In this document: piece after piece, positions 50,604-59,809 of the stretch | How positions within the stretch are numbered: position 1 is the first letter of the stretch | Layout: each line of letters opens with the position of its first letter | Assembly (NCBI GenBank): GCA_036679645.1 | Contig: JAZDCY010000016.1 | Span: 1-64,000 of the forward strand | Origin: Gemmatimonadota bacterium | GTDB lineage: Bacteria > Gemmatimonadota > Gemmatimonadetes > Gemmatimonadales > GWC2-71-9 | Direction: 5' to 3' | Length of the DNA stretch: 64,000 nucleotides | Made by a program: the position numbers and the translations under genes | Notes under the pieces: generated by a model | The model's input: only the letters and a program-made list of their open reading frames with translations | Databases searched by the model: none | Told to the model about the DNA's origin: nothing

Positions 50604-51276
50604 GGTGTACCTCCGGCGGCGTCGGGTGCTCGTAGGACATCACCCCGTTGACGATGCTCCAGTTCTGCTTAAAGGCGGGGTTCAGTTGACGGCGCTCCCA
50701 CATCGAATGCAACAGAGATGGTATGATGTCGTTGATGCTCGCCTCCGGTGCGGTGCCTTCGCGGAACGTGCCGAAGTAAGTGGGGACGAACTCCTTCCAT
50801 CCCAGACAAGGCGTGTAGAACGTCTGTCCGTGTGTCAAACGCTTCTCAAAAAGTCGCTTCAGCTCTGGTGCCCAGTCCTTTCCACGGCGGCGCCTCAACT
50901 GGGGACGGTCCTTTCCAACGGTGCTGCGCTTGACGCGCATCACACCATAGATGCGGTAGCAGACGTCCACGAGAATAGTCGCGTTGAGCTGGTAATTGTT
51001 GTTCCTCCTGATTTGGTCCTGCTTACGAAGGGGGCCACCGTAGTTGGTCACGTAGCGCTCGTATCTGATCGGGCAGCAGATTTCTACACGGGTCGGGTGG
51101 ATGTACGCGTGGGGCCGCCAAACCACTGCGTCAAACATTCCCCTGGCCGCCGAATACGTGGGCACTGGATACGAAATCGGCGTTGCCCCGGTATCGGGCC
51201 GCGTGAACATTGCCGCCGGGCCAGCGACCTCAAGTTGGACTACGTATTGAGTGTCGCTCCGGGACGGGTTCGGCAC
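50593..51276 (-). CDS. cas5: Cas5, type I-C (Cas5d)
   Basis: GPAAMFTRP, SYPVPTYSAARG, LVDVCY and PCLGWKEF motifs. Confidence 0.92.
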   Translation of the reverse strand: MPNPSRSDTQYVVQLEVAGPAAMFTRPDTGATPISYPVPTYSAARGMFDAVVWRPHAYIHPTRVEICCPIRYERYVTNYGGPLRKQDQIRRNNNYQLNATILVDVCYRIYGVMRVKRSTVGKDRPQLRRRRGKDWAPELKRLFEKRLTHGQTFYTPCLGWKEFVPTYFGTFREGTAPEASINDIIPSLLHSMWERRQLNPAFKQNWSIVNGVMSYEHPTPPEVHRAQ

Positions 51277-51519
51277 AGTGTCTCCTCGCTCCCTCCGAGA
51301 CGGTGTAGCTCTCTTACGGTACCATCACTCCTGTCTCCTGGCGGAGTCGAGTACGCCACCCCGCGGATCGCCTTTCCGGCCCGTCCTGCGCCCGCACAGG
51401 GTCGCGTGCCCACGCCGCCTCCGTATTGACATTCCGCACGTCCCTCCTACCGCTACCTGCCTCCCACCCACTCACGCCTGGAGTCGTATCATGCATCGCT
51501 CTGCTACCGCCTCGCGGCC

Positions 51520-51873
51520 TCAGGTCTCTTCAGTGGGCTCCGACAACAGCGCGCCCGTCCGCTCGACCAGGCCGGGGAGTTCATCGCTGATGACCTGCCA
51601 GACAATCTCGTGGTCCAGCATGTCGTATCCGTGAACCAGGATGTTACGAAAGGCCACGATGCGGTCTACCTCACCGGCCCGCGCTGCGATCTCGGGAGTC
51701 ATTCGATGTAGCCGGTTCATCGCTTCGCCGATGATCTGGAGGTTGCGCTCCACCGCCTGACGCACCAGCCGGTTCTCCAGATACTCGGCCAGCGACGACT
51801 GCGCCGTGGCCTCGAGGACAAACGAGCCGGCGTCGCGGACGTCTTCCAAGAGCTTCAGCGCCTCAGGCTGCAT
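51520..51873 (-). CDS. DUF86/HepT-type HEPN RNase toxin
   Basis: AVERNLQIIGEA and RNILVHGY (RX4H) motifs. Confidence 0.9.
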   Translation of the reverse strand: MQPEALKLLEDVRDAGSFVLEATAQSSLAEYLENRLVRQAVERNLQIIGEAMNRLHRMTPEIAARAGEVDRIVAFRNILVHGYDMLDHEIVWQVISDELPGLVERTGALLSEPTEET

Positions 51874-52171
51874 ACAACTCCTGGCGGCTCCGCTCGACTG
51901 CCGCAATGAAGTACGGGTTTCTCAACGACCGGCGCGTGAGGAGATCGACGTCCCGGGCAAGAAGTTCCCGGAGCCCGTCCCAGAGACCGAAGTATTGATC
52001 CGCCAGCGTCATCTCCCCGGTATGCTGGAACTCCACCAGGAGATCCAGATCACTGTGGTCGGGGTCGAACGCGCCAGTGGTCGCCGAGCCGAATACGTCG
52101 AGCCGAGAAACGTGGTAGCTGCGGCAGAGCTGCTGGATGGCCGCCTGGTTCTGCTCAAGCAATGATATCAT
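51863..52171 (-). CDS. MntA-like nucleotidyltransferase antitoxin
   Basis: VFGSATTGAFDPDHSDLD, VDLLT and NPYF motifs. Confidence 0.9.
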   Translation of the reverse strand: MISLLEQNQAAIQQLCRSYHVSRLDVFGSATTGAFDPDHSDLDLLVEFQHTGEMTLADQYFGLWDGLRELLARDVDLLTRRSLRNPYFIAAVERSRQELYAA

Positions 52172-52558
52172 CTGCTCTTGCCTCGCAGCTGTGGGACACC
52201 CGCCCCGAGCGGACCCGAAGAGACACCGAAGCGCCGACCTTGGCAAGGTGTCTCATTCCGCCCCCTACGCGAGTTGGCAACACCGTCACGAGCGTGCCAA
52301 TACGGCGCTGCATCCAAGGCGCTCTCCCTAATTTCCCCTCCCGCCGCTCCCGCCCCACCACGCCCCGCGCCCTCCGCCGCTCGGTGTCCTCCAGGGATTC
52401 GTAGGCGTAGTTGTTGAGAAAGCTCTCCAACAGCTCGAGCTCCACCCGTGCACGTCGCGCAACTGCCGGATGGTCGGATCCGCGATCGTCGCTGTAGCGC
52501 CGGCGCGCCGTCTACCAACTGCCATCGGGATCTCCCTCCGTCGTTTCCGCCGACCTAA

Positions 52559-52791
52559 CATCCCTCGACGGTCATCATTCCACTCACCACCAATCCGACA
52601 GACGATGCGGAGCCTCTCCGCGTGCGTGCCCCCCCGGCGGACGATTGCGCGGGGACCCCGATCTGCTGATCGACCAGCTCCGAGCCATCGACAACCGCCG
52701 CCGGATACGAGGCCCGCTCACCCGCCTCGACGGCGCCCTCATGCGGCGTGTCGGATTGGCCATCCGTGAGGTCGTCGATCTGGTCGAGTAG
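52559..52791 (+). pseudogene. PemK/MazF toxin remnant
   Basis: HPSTVIIPLTTN...[frameshift at a C-run]...DLLIDQLRAIDNRR...REVVDL*; the 5' end is missing. Confidence 0.75.
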
Positions 52792-52870
52792 CGCCCGTTG
52801 CCGATGCAGCGACGGACCGCCAGCCCAACTCCACACAAGATCACCCCCCCTGTGACACTCCACCCGCGAA

Positions 52871-53638
52871 TCAAGCCACCCCGAGCGGATCCACAGGCAC
52901 AACCTGCCCCACGCTATCCAGATGCCACCGGCCCCCCTCCGCCAGTAACGTGCACCAGAGGTCCCAGCCCCTCTCCAGCAGCGCGCCGGCCCGCACCGGC
53001 ACCTTGATCGGGCCGTAAAGAGCCGGCTCCTGATACCGCGGCCGCAGCCACAGCAGCCCGGGCTCGATCCGTGTTACCTCAAAACAGGTATGCTCCGCGT
53101 CGGCGTCGAGGTCCCACACCGGAGCGCGCCCGCGGCACGCGCGAGCCAGTCGTTTCTTAGCCCGCTCGGCCCGGAGCAGTTTGCCCTGAAGACGGCGGGC
53201 CAGCCGCGCTATGTCGGCCGCCACTGTTGCATCCACGTACCCCTCGTCCGCTAACCACAGCGCAAACTGCTCCAGCTCCGGTAGCAGCTCGGGCGTCTGC
53301 CTCAAGTGAAGCAGCATGGTGTCGCCCAGCCATGAGATCACAAACTCCCGCAGCACCGTCGGCAGGTGTTCGCGGCCGACGCTCTCGCCGCGCGACGCCC
53401 GTGCATCCCCTGGTTGCCTCGTGGGGTGCCGCGCGTGTATCTGATGCTCGCCGCAACTCGGCTGCTCCAGTCCGGGATCGGCGTCGTGCAGATAGATAGA
53501 GAGCGCAGCACAGAGCTGGGTCGCATCGCGGCCCTGTCCAGAGGCCGCCAGCTCATACGCGGCGCCGATTTCGTCGATCGTGGGCGATGCCCCCTCCGGG
53601 ACCGGAGGCTGAGCGACGCCGCGATTCCAATACATCAC
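52871..53638 (-). CDS. Hypothetical protein
   Basis: 255-aa ORF with protein-like composition, preceded by a purine-rich SD-like stretch. Confidence 0.65.
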   Translation of the reverse strand: MMYWNRGVAQPPVPEGASPTIDEIGAAYELAASGQGRDATQLCAALSIYLHDADPGLEQPSCGEHQIHARHPTRQPGDARASRGESVGREHLPTVLREFVISWLGDTMLLHLRQTPELLPELEQFALWLADEGYVDATVAADIARLARRLQGKLLRAERAKKRLARACRGRAPVWDLDADAEHTCFEVTRIEPGLLWLRPRYQEPALYGPIKVPVRAGALLERGWDLWCTLLAEGGRWHLDSVGQVVPVDPLGVA

Positions 53639-53668
53639 GATTCCCTGTCTTGCTCCTGCACGAGGGCC

Positions 53669-54670
53669 CTAATGGTCCGCCCGGCCTCCGCTCGCACGCC
53701 CCTCCTCAACCAGCTTGATCCGCCGTTCCCGAGGCCCGAACGCCGCCGGGAACCGCACCACCCGATCGTACAGCGGCGCCCGCCGCATCATGTGCTCGTC
53801 GTCCGCCGGCGCGTCTGGCCCCCAGCTCTCGGCTTCCGATGGCCATTCCTCGATGAGCCCCATCGAGGCGAGCGGGATCAGGAAGCCGAGTTCCACCGTG
53901 GTGCCAACCAACCAGGGTGGGACGTCCTGCACGTCCCTCGTCCACGGAGGCGAGAGCATGAGGCCCAGCTCGGCGGGAATCCACCAGTTCCCGTCCACCT
54001 GTCCGAGACCCCACATCTCGTAGGCCTCGCCGCCCTGGTGCATCACTGGCCCTTCAGGGAGCGGAAGCAGCAGCGTGTCCCGCACGTTTGCGTTGCGGAA
54101 CAGCGCGCGGAGCAGCCGCGTGTAGAGGGATCCTGCGCCTTCGGGCGTGGCCAACCGCCGGCCCAGTGGGGTCAGCTCGTAGCTCCCAGTGCGCACCCGC
54201 AGACAGCCGAGATAGCGGGCCGTCTCCCGCATCTGCGTAACCGGCAACCACTCCTCGCCGCGCATCCAGGGGGGCTCCTCGTCGTCCTCCAGCAAGTCGG
54301 CATCCTCCGGTCCTGGCGGCGGGGCGCTGCGCGACCAGAGGCGCTCGCCGAGGGTGGAGGCGAAGTGGCCCTCGAACGTCCCATCGCGCCGCGCCGGTAC
54401 GCGGCCCGCGTCGGCCAGGGCCAGGAGCAGCTCGCGCAAGTCGGCGAAGTAGCTCGCATCCCCCAGCTCGTCCAACCGCACGTTGCGGTTCAGCCGCAGC
54501 GGTCCCCGCGTGTACCAGTCGCCGGCCAGCAACTTGCGGACCTCGGACGGCGACAGGCCGAACAGATCGGGACGCCGCGCGTAATCCTCGGCGTCCACCG
54601 CGGGATGGGAGCCGAGCTGCTCGAGTAACAGGCGGCTGTCGCGCGCTTGGGACGGGAAGGCGTGGCGCAT
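53669..54670 (-). CDS. Hypothetical protein
   Basis: ORF with protein-like composition; YELTPLGRRL resembles a winged-helix wing. Start chosen at MRHAF. Confidence 0.65.
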   Translation of the reverse strand: MRHAFPSQARDSRLLLEQLGSHPAVDAEDYARRPDLFGLSPSEVRKLLAGDWYTRGPLRLNRNVRLDELGDASYFADLRELLLALADAGRVPARRDGTFEGHFASTLGERLWSRSAPPPGPEDADLLEDDEEPPWMRGEEWLPVTQMRETARYLGCLRVRTGSYELTPLGRRLATPEGAGSLYTRLLRALFRNANVRDTLLLPLPEGPVMHQGGEAYEMWGLGQVDGNWWIPAELGLMLSPPWTRDVQDVPPWLVGTTVELGFLIPLASMGLIEEWPSEAESWGPDAPADDEHMMRRAPLYDRVVRFPAAFGPRERRIKLVEEGRASGGRADH

Positions 54671-54841
54671 TGCCCGTCGCACACGGGTCGCGGTGGTTGT
54701 ACCGGTCCCGGCCCATCGCTCGTTTGACACGAAGGTGAATCTGCATCCCGAGACGTGCGGCCGAAACCCCAATTGGGCGCGTGTCGCATTTTGCGTGTTG
54801 CCTGTTGCACTTCTGCGGCACCCGCTCTGTAGCCCGACTCC

Positions 54842-55897
54842 TCACACGATAGCCATCGCGTCGCCGTAGCTGTAGAGGCGATATCGCTGAGCTACGGCCT
54901 CCCGATACGCCGCCATCGCATGGTCGTATCCCGCGAATGCCGCAACCAGCATCAGCAGTGTCGATCGCGGCAGATGGAAATTGGTAAGTAACCCATCGAT
55001 AACACGGAATGTGTATGGGGGGTGGATGAACAGATCGGTCCATCCCGATCCCGCCACGATACCCGACGCTGCGCCGTCGCTCGCCCGAGTGCTCGCGGCT
55101 ACCGTTTCCAGCGTCCGTGCAGCGGTGGTCCCGACAGCCCAAATACGGTGCCCGGCCGCCTTTGCGCGATTGACCGTCTCCGCCGTGCGTTCCGATACCG
55201 CGTACCACTCGGCGTGCATCACGTGTTGGGTGGGATCATCTACCTCTACGGGCTTGAACGTGCCCGGCCCGACATGCAGCACGACCTCCGCGATCTCCGC
55301 GCCGCGATCACGGATGGCGTCCAGCAGGTCGACAGTAAAGTGCAGGCCGGCGGTTGGCGCCGCGACGCTCCCTTCTTCACGGGCGTACACAGTCTGGTAG
55401 CGCTCGCGATCGGTCTCGTCGGCGGGACGCTCGATGTAGGGAGGCAATGGGACCGCGCCGTACCGGTCCATGAGCGTGGCGACATCGAGTCCGGCAAAGC
55501 GCATGCGACGCAGCCCGCCGCCCACGACATCGACGACGGTGCCGGTGGCGTCATCGCCAAAGGCGACCTGCCGCCCGGCCTTGAGCTTGCCACCCGGGTG
55601 CACCATGGCGAGCCAACTTCCGTCGGGCTCCTCGTGGACCAGCAGCACCTCCGCCGGGCGGCCGTTGTCGCGCACGCCGGTGAGACGAGCGGGAATCACC
55701 TTGCTCGTGTTGATCACGAGCACGTCGCCCGGTTGGATCAGGTCGGGGAAGTCGGCGAACGCCCGGTGTGCGCTGGTACCGCTCTGGCGGTTGAGCACCA
55801 GCAACCGGCTCGCGCTCCGTTCGGGCGTGGGATACTGCGCGATGAGGTCGGCCGGATACGTATAGTCGAAGTCCGCTGCGTTGTATCGTGTCGTCAC
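54842..55897 (-). CDS. queA: SAM:tRNA ribosyltransferase-isomerase
   Basis: LIAQYP, PLPPYI, YQTVYA, AAPTAGLHF, TNFHLP and YSYGDAM motifs. Confidence 0.96.
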   Translation of the reverse strand: MTTRYNAADFDYTYPADLIAQYPTPERSASRLLVLNRQSGTSAHRAFADFPDLIQPGDVLVINTSKVIPARLTGVRDNGRPAEVLLVHEEPDGSWLAMVHPGGKLKAGRQVAFGDDATGTVVDVVGGGLRRMRFAGLDVATLMDRYGAVPLPPYIERPADETDRERYQTVYAREEGSVAAPTAGLHFTVDLLDAIRDRGAEIAEVVLHVGPGTFKPVEVDDPTQHVMHAEWYAVSERTAETVNRAKAAGHRIWAVGTTAARTLETVAASTRASDGAASGIVAGSGWTDLFIHPPYTFRVIDGLLTNFHLPRSTLLMLVAAFAGYDHAMAAYREAVAQRYRLYSYGDAMAIV

Positions 55898-58110
55898 CGC
55901 GGCCCACGCCGTAGAGGCGTACTCGTGACCTCGAACCGACGTGATACGGTCGCCGCCTGACCGGTCGAGCGATCGACGACCGTGAGTTCGATCTCGTAGG
56001 TCACCTGTTGATCGCTCCGGAGATCGAGCACGAGGTATTCGGCTTGGGCTGCGCCAGGGTCTATTGCGACGTCGTTGTCGTACTCCAGAACCACCCTATC
56101 GTCTCCCAGGGCCGAGAGACCGGTCGCGTCGCCGATCCCGCCCAGAACTTGCGCAAACACGCCGTGCCGCTCGATCGCGTCCACCCGCACGGCGAGTCGA
56201 ACGGTGTAATGCGCCACCCCGCTCGAATCCGGTTGGAGATTGTACATCTCCCAGAGGAACGCCACCGGATCACCCGGCGCAAACCGGGCGGCGCTGGGCA
56301 CAATGAGAAAGTCACTCCATCTGCGGAACGTCGAATCCCGGGCTTCCAGGCGCCGCGCAACCAGTATATCGGAAAGAAGAAGCGTATCGCCCGTGAAGTC
56401 CCGCACGCTGAGCATCCCGCTGCTGCGTGCGGCCCGTTGTATCGTGGGGAGTTCGGCTTCCACGCGAACGAGGTACTCTCCCGGTGCCAGGGCGAGCCGC
56501 CAGGTGCGCGTGTCGAGCTGCGTGGTATCACCGGCGGTGGCCATGTGCTCGCGGACCTCGCGCACCACGTCGTGCAAGGATCCGTCTTTCACGATGATAC
56601 CGGTGGTTACCGGCACGCGATCGATGTCGACGTTGGCCAGGCGGCCCAGGGGAGCGAAACTGTAGGCCAATACATCGGTGGCCGTCGTGTCGTCGGGCCG
56701 AAACTGTGCCAACTGGACGTGAATGGTGTCCATCTCCGCGACGGTCGGCACGTTGTCGAAGCGGACCGGATGGTTGTGTTGGTTCTCCTGGTAGACAGCG
56801 CGTCCACGCTCGAAACCAGCAAGGCGCGTCCGCGTGAACCCGGGGACCCCGCCGAAGAGAAATCGCAGTCTCGGACGATTGTAAACCCACGCTGTCAGTA
56901 CGTCCGGACTCTCCTCGCGGGTGAGGCGGTCCCGTCCGAGTACCGCCCAGATGTCCGGCGGCCCCCAGCGGACGTACACGCGCCCGCGATCGGTGTCGTA
57001 ACCCGCGTGCCCTTCCAGGTCGTCGGACCACCGATGGTACACGTAGGTGATACGCGCGAAGTATTCCGTCTCCGGTTCGTTGACGTTGCGCAGGAACAGG
57101 GGCTGGCCGGCCGCCCAGTAGAGACGGCGCAGCTCCTCCTGCTGGGCAGGCTGCCGTTCGGAGTATTGCGGGCGATCTGCAGCACGCAGGATGAGCGTGA
57201 GGTTGTCGTACGGCTCCCGTTCCTGTGGCGTCATGCGTGTGAACGCCGTGTCGAATGCCGCTTGTGCCTCCTGCCAGCGGTTCATTCGGGCAAGGGCGAG
57301 CCCGAGAACAGCCCAGCTCTTCCCGCTGTCCGGCGCAGCCCGCACGATGCGACGTGCGAGTTCGTGGGCCTCGGCCCGTCGCGCATCGTCACCGAGCACC
57401 ACCGCGAGCAAGCCGGCGGCGCGCACGTGCCTCGGATTCGCGTCAAGGGCCCAGCGCAGGTACTCCTCTGCCTTCCGTTTCTGACGATCACCGGGATGTC
57501 CCGGATCGGGTCTCGTGTAGACCTGGAAAACGCGCTGCGCGTAGCGCCAATCGGCGTAGAACAGGCTGTCATCGATGCCCGTGATGTCGCCACTGAAGAG
57601 GTAGCGGTGACCCATCTGCTCGTACCGCTCCCACTCCACACGCGCCGCTCGGTATCCGACATCGGCGACAACGAGCCCGCGGGCTCCGCGGCGTGCAGCG
57701 GCGACGGACGAATCCACGAGATCCATTACGCGAAAGCGTGAGACCATCGAGGTCTTGGTGCGGAGCAGTTCGGCCCACGCGAGCCAGTATTGGGCCGAAT
57801 CGGGAGCGATCTCGGTGGCGCGCCGGAAGTGCCGCTCTGCCCGGTTCCGGTCCCAGTTGCGCCGCCGGCGGAGGCTCAACGTAGTGTCCGGCGTGCCGAG
57901 AAAGAGCGCGCGGTGCAATCGTCCGAGACGATAGTGCGCGTCAGCGTCGTCTGGATGCCGGCGCAAGATCGCGTCGAACGCCATGAGTGCGCCAATCGTG
58001 TCACCGGCAGCGGCGAGGCTGTCTGCCGCGACCGACGTCTGCGCTCCGGCCCGGCCGACCGGTGTGAGGAGGAGAGCCGTGCCGAACAACGTGTACGGAA
58101 TGAACCGCAT
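55894..58110 (-). CDS. GWxTD-domain protein with TPRs (paralogue 1)
   Basis: Signal peptide, TPR-like helices, GYDTDRGRVYVRWGPPD. Confidence 0.85.
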   Translation of the reverse strand: MRFIPYTLFGTALLLTPVGRAGAQTSVAADSLAAAGDTIGALMAFDAILRRHPDDADAHYRLGRLHRALFLGTPDTTLSLRRRRNWDRNRAERHFRRATEIAPDSAQYWLAWAELLRTKTSMVSRFRVMDLVDSSVAAARRGARGLVVADVGYRAARVEWERYEQMGHRYLFSGDITGIDDSLFYADWRYAQRVFQVYTRPDPGHPGDRQKRKAEEYLRWALDANPRHVRAAGLLAVVLGDDARRAEAHELARRIVRAAPDSGKSWAVLGLALARMNRWQEAQAAFDTAFTRMTPQEREPYDNLTLILRAADRPQYSERQPAQQEELRRLYWAAGQPLFLRNVNEPETEYFARITYVYHRWSDDLEGHAGYDTDRGRVYVRWGPPDIWAVLGRDRLTREESPDVLTAWVYNRPRLRFLFGGVPGFTRTRLAGFERGRAVYQENQHNHPVRFDNVPTVAEMDTIHVQLAQFRPDDTTATDVLAYSFAPLGRLANVDIDRVPVTTGIIVKDGSLHDVVREVREHMATAGDTTQLDTRTWRLALAPGEYLVRVEAELPTIQRAARSSGMLSVRDFTGDTLLLSDILVARRLEARDSTFRRWSDFLIVPSAARFAPGDPVAFLWEMYNLQPDSSGVAHYTVRLAVRVDAIERHGVFAQVLGGIGDATGLSALGDDRVVLEYDNDVAIDPGAAQAEYLVLDLRSDQQVTYEIELTVVDRSTGQAATVSRRFEVTSTPLRRGPR

Positions 58111-58169
58111 GCCAACCACCAGCGGAGTCGATTCGAAAGATGACTCCGCCGCGAGTGTTCGGGAACCGC

Positions 58170-58900
58170 TACGCCATCGACCGGGTCCTCGCGGCGTGAA
58201 AGGCAGCGAGGACTGCGGTCACCAGGAGCCTGCTATGTACCAAGGCGGCCTCGGCATGAGTGAGGGCGCTGGGGTCGGAGTCAATCTCGAAACGGACTGG
58301 GCCCGGGGTTCCTCACGGCCTCGCATTGCGGGGTGGTGTTCGCCGGCGTCGATGGGGCCGATTATCATCAGCCGGTTCCGACCAATTTCGTTGGGAATGA
58401 AGTGGTCGACCCCGCCGGCGTGCCCGGGTGCCACACGCCAGAGATCCCGTGTCGCTATAGTGATGCAGCATTCATCTCATATTTGACAGGCGGACTGTCG
58501 GAGCATGGCGTGATTGCCCGGACCGAGGGTCCGGGGAGCCTCAAGATCTCGTCGTCGACCCCGCGTTTCTTCATCCAGGACGCACCACTCGGTTTCACAC
58601 CCTTCGGGACGGTGATCAACAAAATGGGACGGACGACGGGATAGACGCAGGGTTTCGTCAGCGGCACGTGCGTCGACGTCGACAGCGTAAGCTCACCCCC
58701 GTTCGTCTACACGCTCTTGTGCCAGGGGGTAGGTTTCTACGTGTCGGGAGGTGGCGACAGTGGCGGAACCATCTTCACCTGGGATGGTATCGGGTCGTCT
58801 ATTGATTCTTGGGGCATGCACGTTGCTTCCTTCGACCATTCAAATACTTTAGCTACTGGATGCACATATCGTTTGAACTTGGGGATGCGCTGGGGGTTAT
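58170..58900 (+). pseudogene. Chymotrypsin-like (S1) serine protease remnant
   Basis: FLTASHC, SDAA, KMGRTTG*TQG and GDSGG in one frame; internal TAG at 58642-58644; frameshift upstream. Boundaries approximate. Confidence 0.75.
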
Positions 58901-58948
58901 GGACCCCGTGTTCGGTGGGGGTGGGGGCGAAGGCCCAGGAGGTCCAGG

Positions 58949-59470
58949 ATGACTCGATCTCAAAGTTGGCGTGTAGCTGGCATCGTGGCCATCGCGGCTT
59001 TCGCTTGCACCGAGCAATCGGGACTCACCGACGGATTCGACGTGCCTGAACTGGATATCGATGTCCTGCGCGGTCAGCTTGAACGCGACGTCGTGATAAC
59101 GATGTCGTTCGACACACTGCCCTCCGGGAACGTGACGGCACTCCGACCCGTCGTGCACGCGGAGAACACCGGCCAGCGCGACTTCCAGGTTCTCGTGGGT
59201 GGATGTCCATGGCGGTTCACCATGTATGACAATGCTGACCTGTCTGGGGATCCGATCTGGCGTGCGCCGAGAGCGTGTGGCGATCCCCTGGTAGGGTTCA
59301 CTATCCGGAGCGGTGAGGCGGTGGAGTGGTCCGGTCCGGCAGTCGGGATGGAGACCATCATCGCCGACCATGGGATCGGGGATTACTTCTTCGCGGTGGA
59401 ACTCACCATTGACGTGCCGGCCATACGCACCGGCGAGATACCCGGTGGTTCCGTACGGTTCGAACGGTGA
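58949..59470 (+). CDS. Hypothetical lipoprotein
   Basis: Lipobox-like AAFAC at residue 20; AGGAGG upstream. Confidence 0.7.
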   Translation: MTRSQSWRVAGIVAIAAFACTEQSGLTDGFDVPELDIDVLRGQLERDVVITMSFDTLPSGNVTALRPVVHAENTGQRDFQVLVGGCPWRFTMYDNADLSGDPIWRAPRACGDPLVGFTIRSGEAVEWSGPAVGMETIIADHGIGDYFFAVELTIDVPAIRTGEIPGGSVRFER

Positions 59471-59809
59471 GCTCGGTCAGGTGAGCACCGTCTGATAGAC
59501 GCTGCGACAGGCTGGCTGAGACGCCGGCCTGTCCGCGTTTTGTGGTGAAGGAGCAAGCCATGGCGGGAGGGGAGAGCAGTGCGCCGACAGCAGGTCGGAC
59601 GAGCAGCGGCAGAAAGGAGGGGGCAGCCTACTCCCCCTCTTTCGCCCTTCATCGGTTCGGCGTCAACCCACATCGGGAAACACATTGCCTGAACGGGGAT
59701 TAACCCGTTTGCCCGTGGCACGAGGTGCTGATCCGGAGCCGCAACGGGAATCTTGCCTGCGGCGGAGGCGATGCCGCGCTCCGGATCCGCCGCGTAGAAG
59801 CGAGCGAGG

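Larger units (their letters stand above)
39101..54841. mobile_element. Defence island (CRISPR-Cas and TA modules) inserted at the queA 3' end
   Basis: Separates the normally adjacent queA and tgt and is bounded by a direct repeat. No integrase was recognised. Confidence 0.8.

Noticed and set aside
44504..51276. Cascade genes beside a DDE transposase and AAA+ ATPase with a dead cas3, resembling a CRISPR-associated transposon
   Set aside because: The IS ends and target duplication enclose only istAB, there is no TniQ, and cas3 rejoins perfectly, so this is a simple insertion.
52190..52330. Hairpins (GAGACACC/GGTGTCTC, TTGGCA/TGCCAA) suggesting a structured ncRNA
   Set aside because: No recognisable riboswitch or ribozyme consensus; an Rfam or covariation search would be needed.
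58642..58644. In-frame TAG as stop-codon readthrough or pyrrolysine
   Set aside because: The same gene also has a frameshift, and TAG terminates other genes in the window.
59560..59703. Small ORF with an AAGGAG SD overlapping a hairpin
   Set aside because: No recognisable protein features; the hairpin is more simply a terminator-like element.
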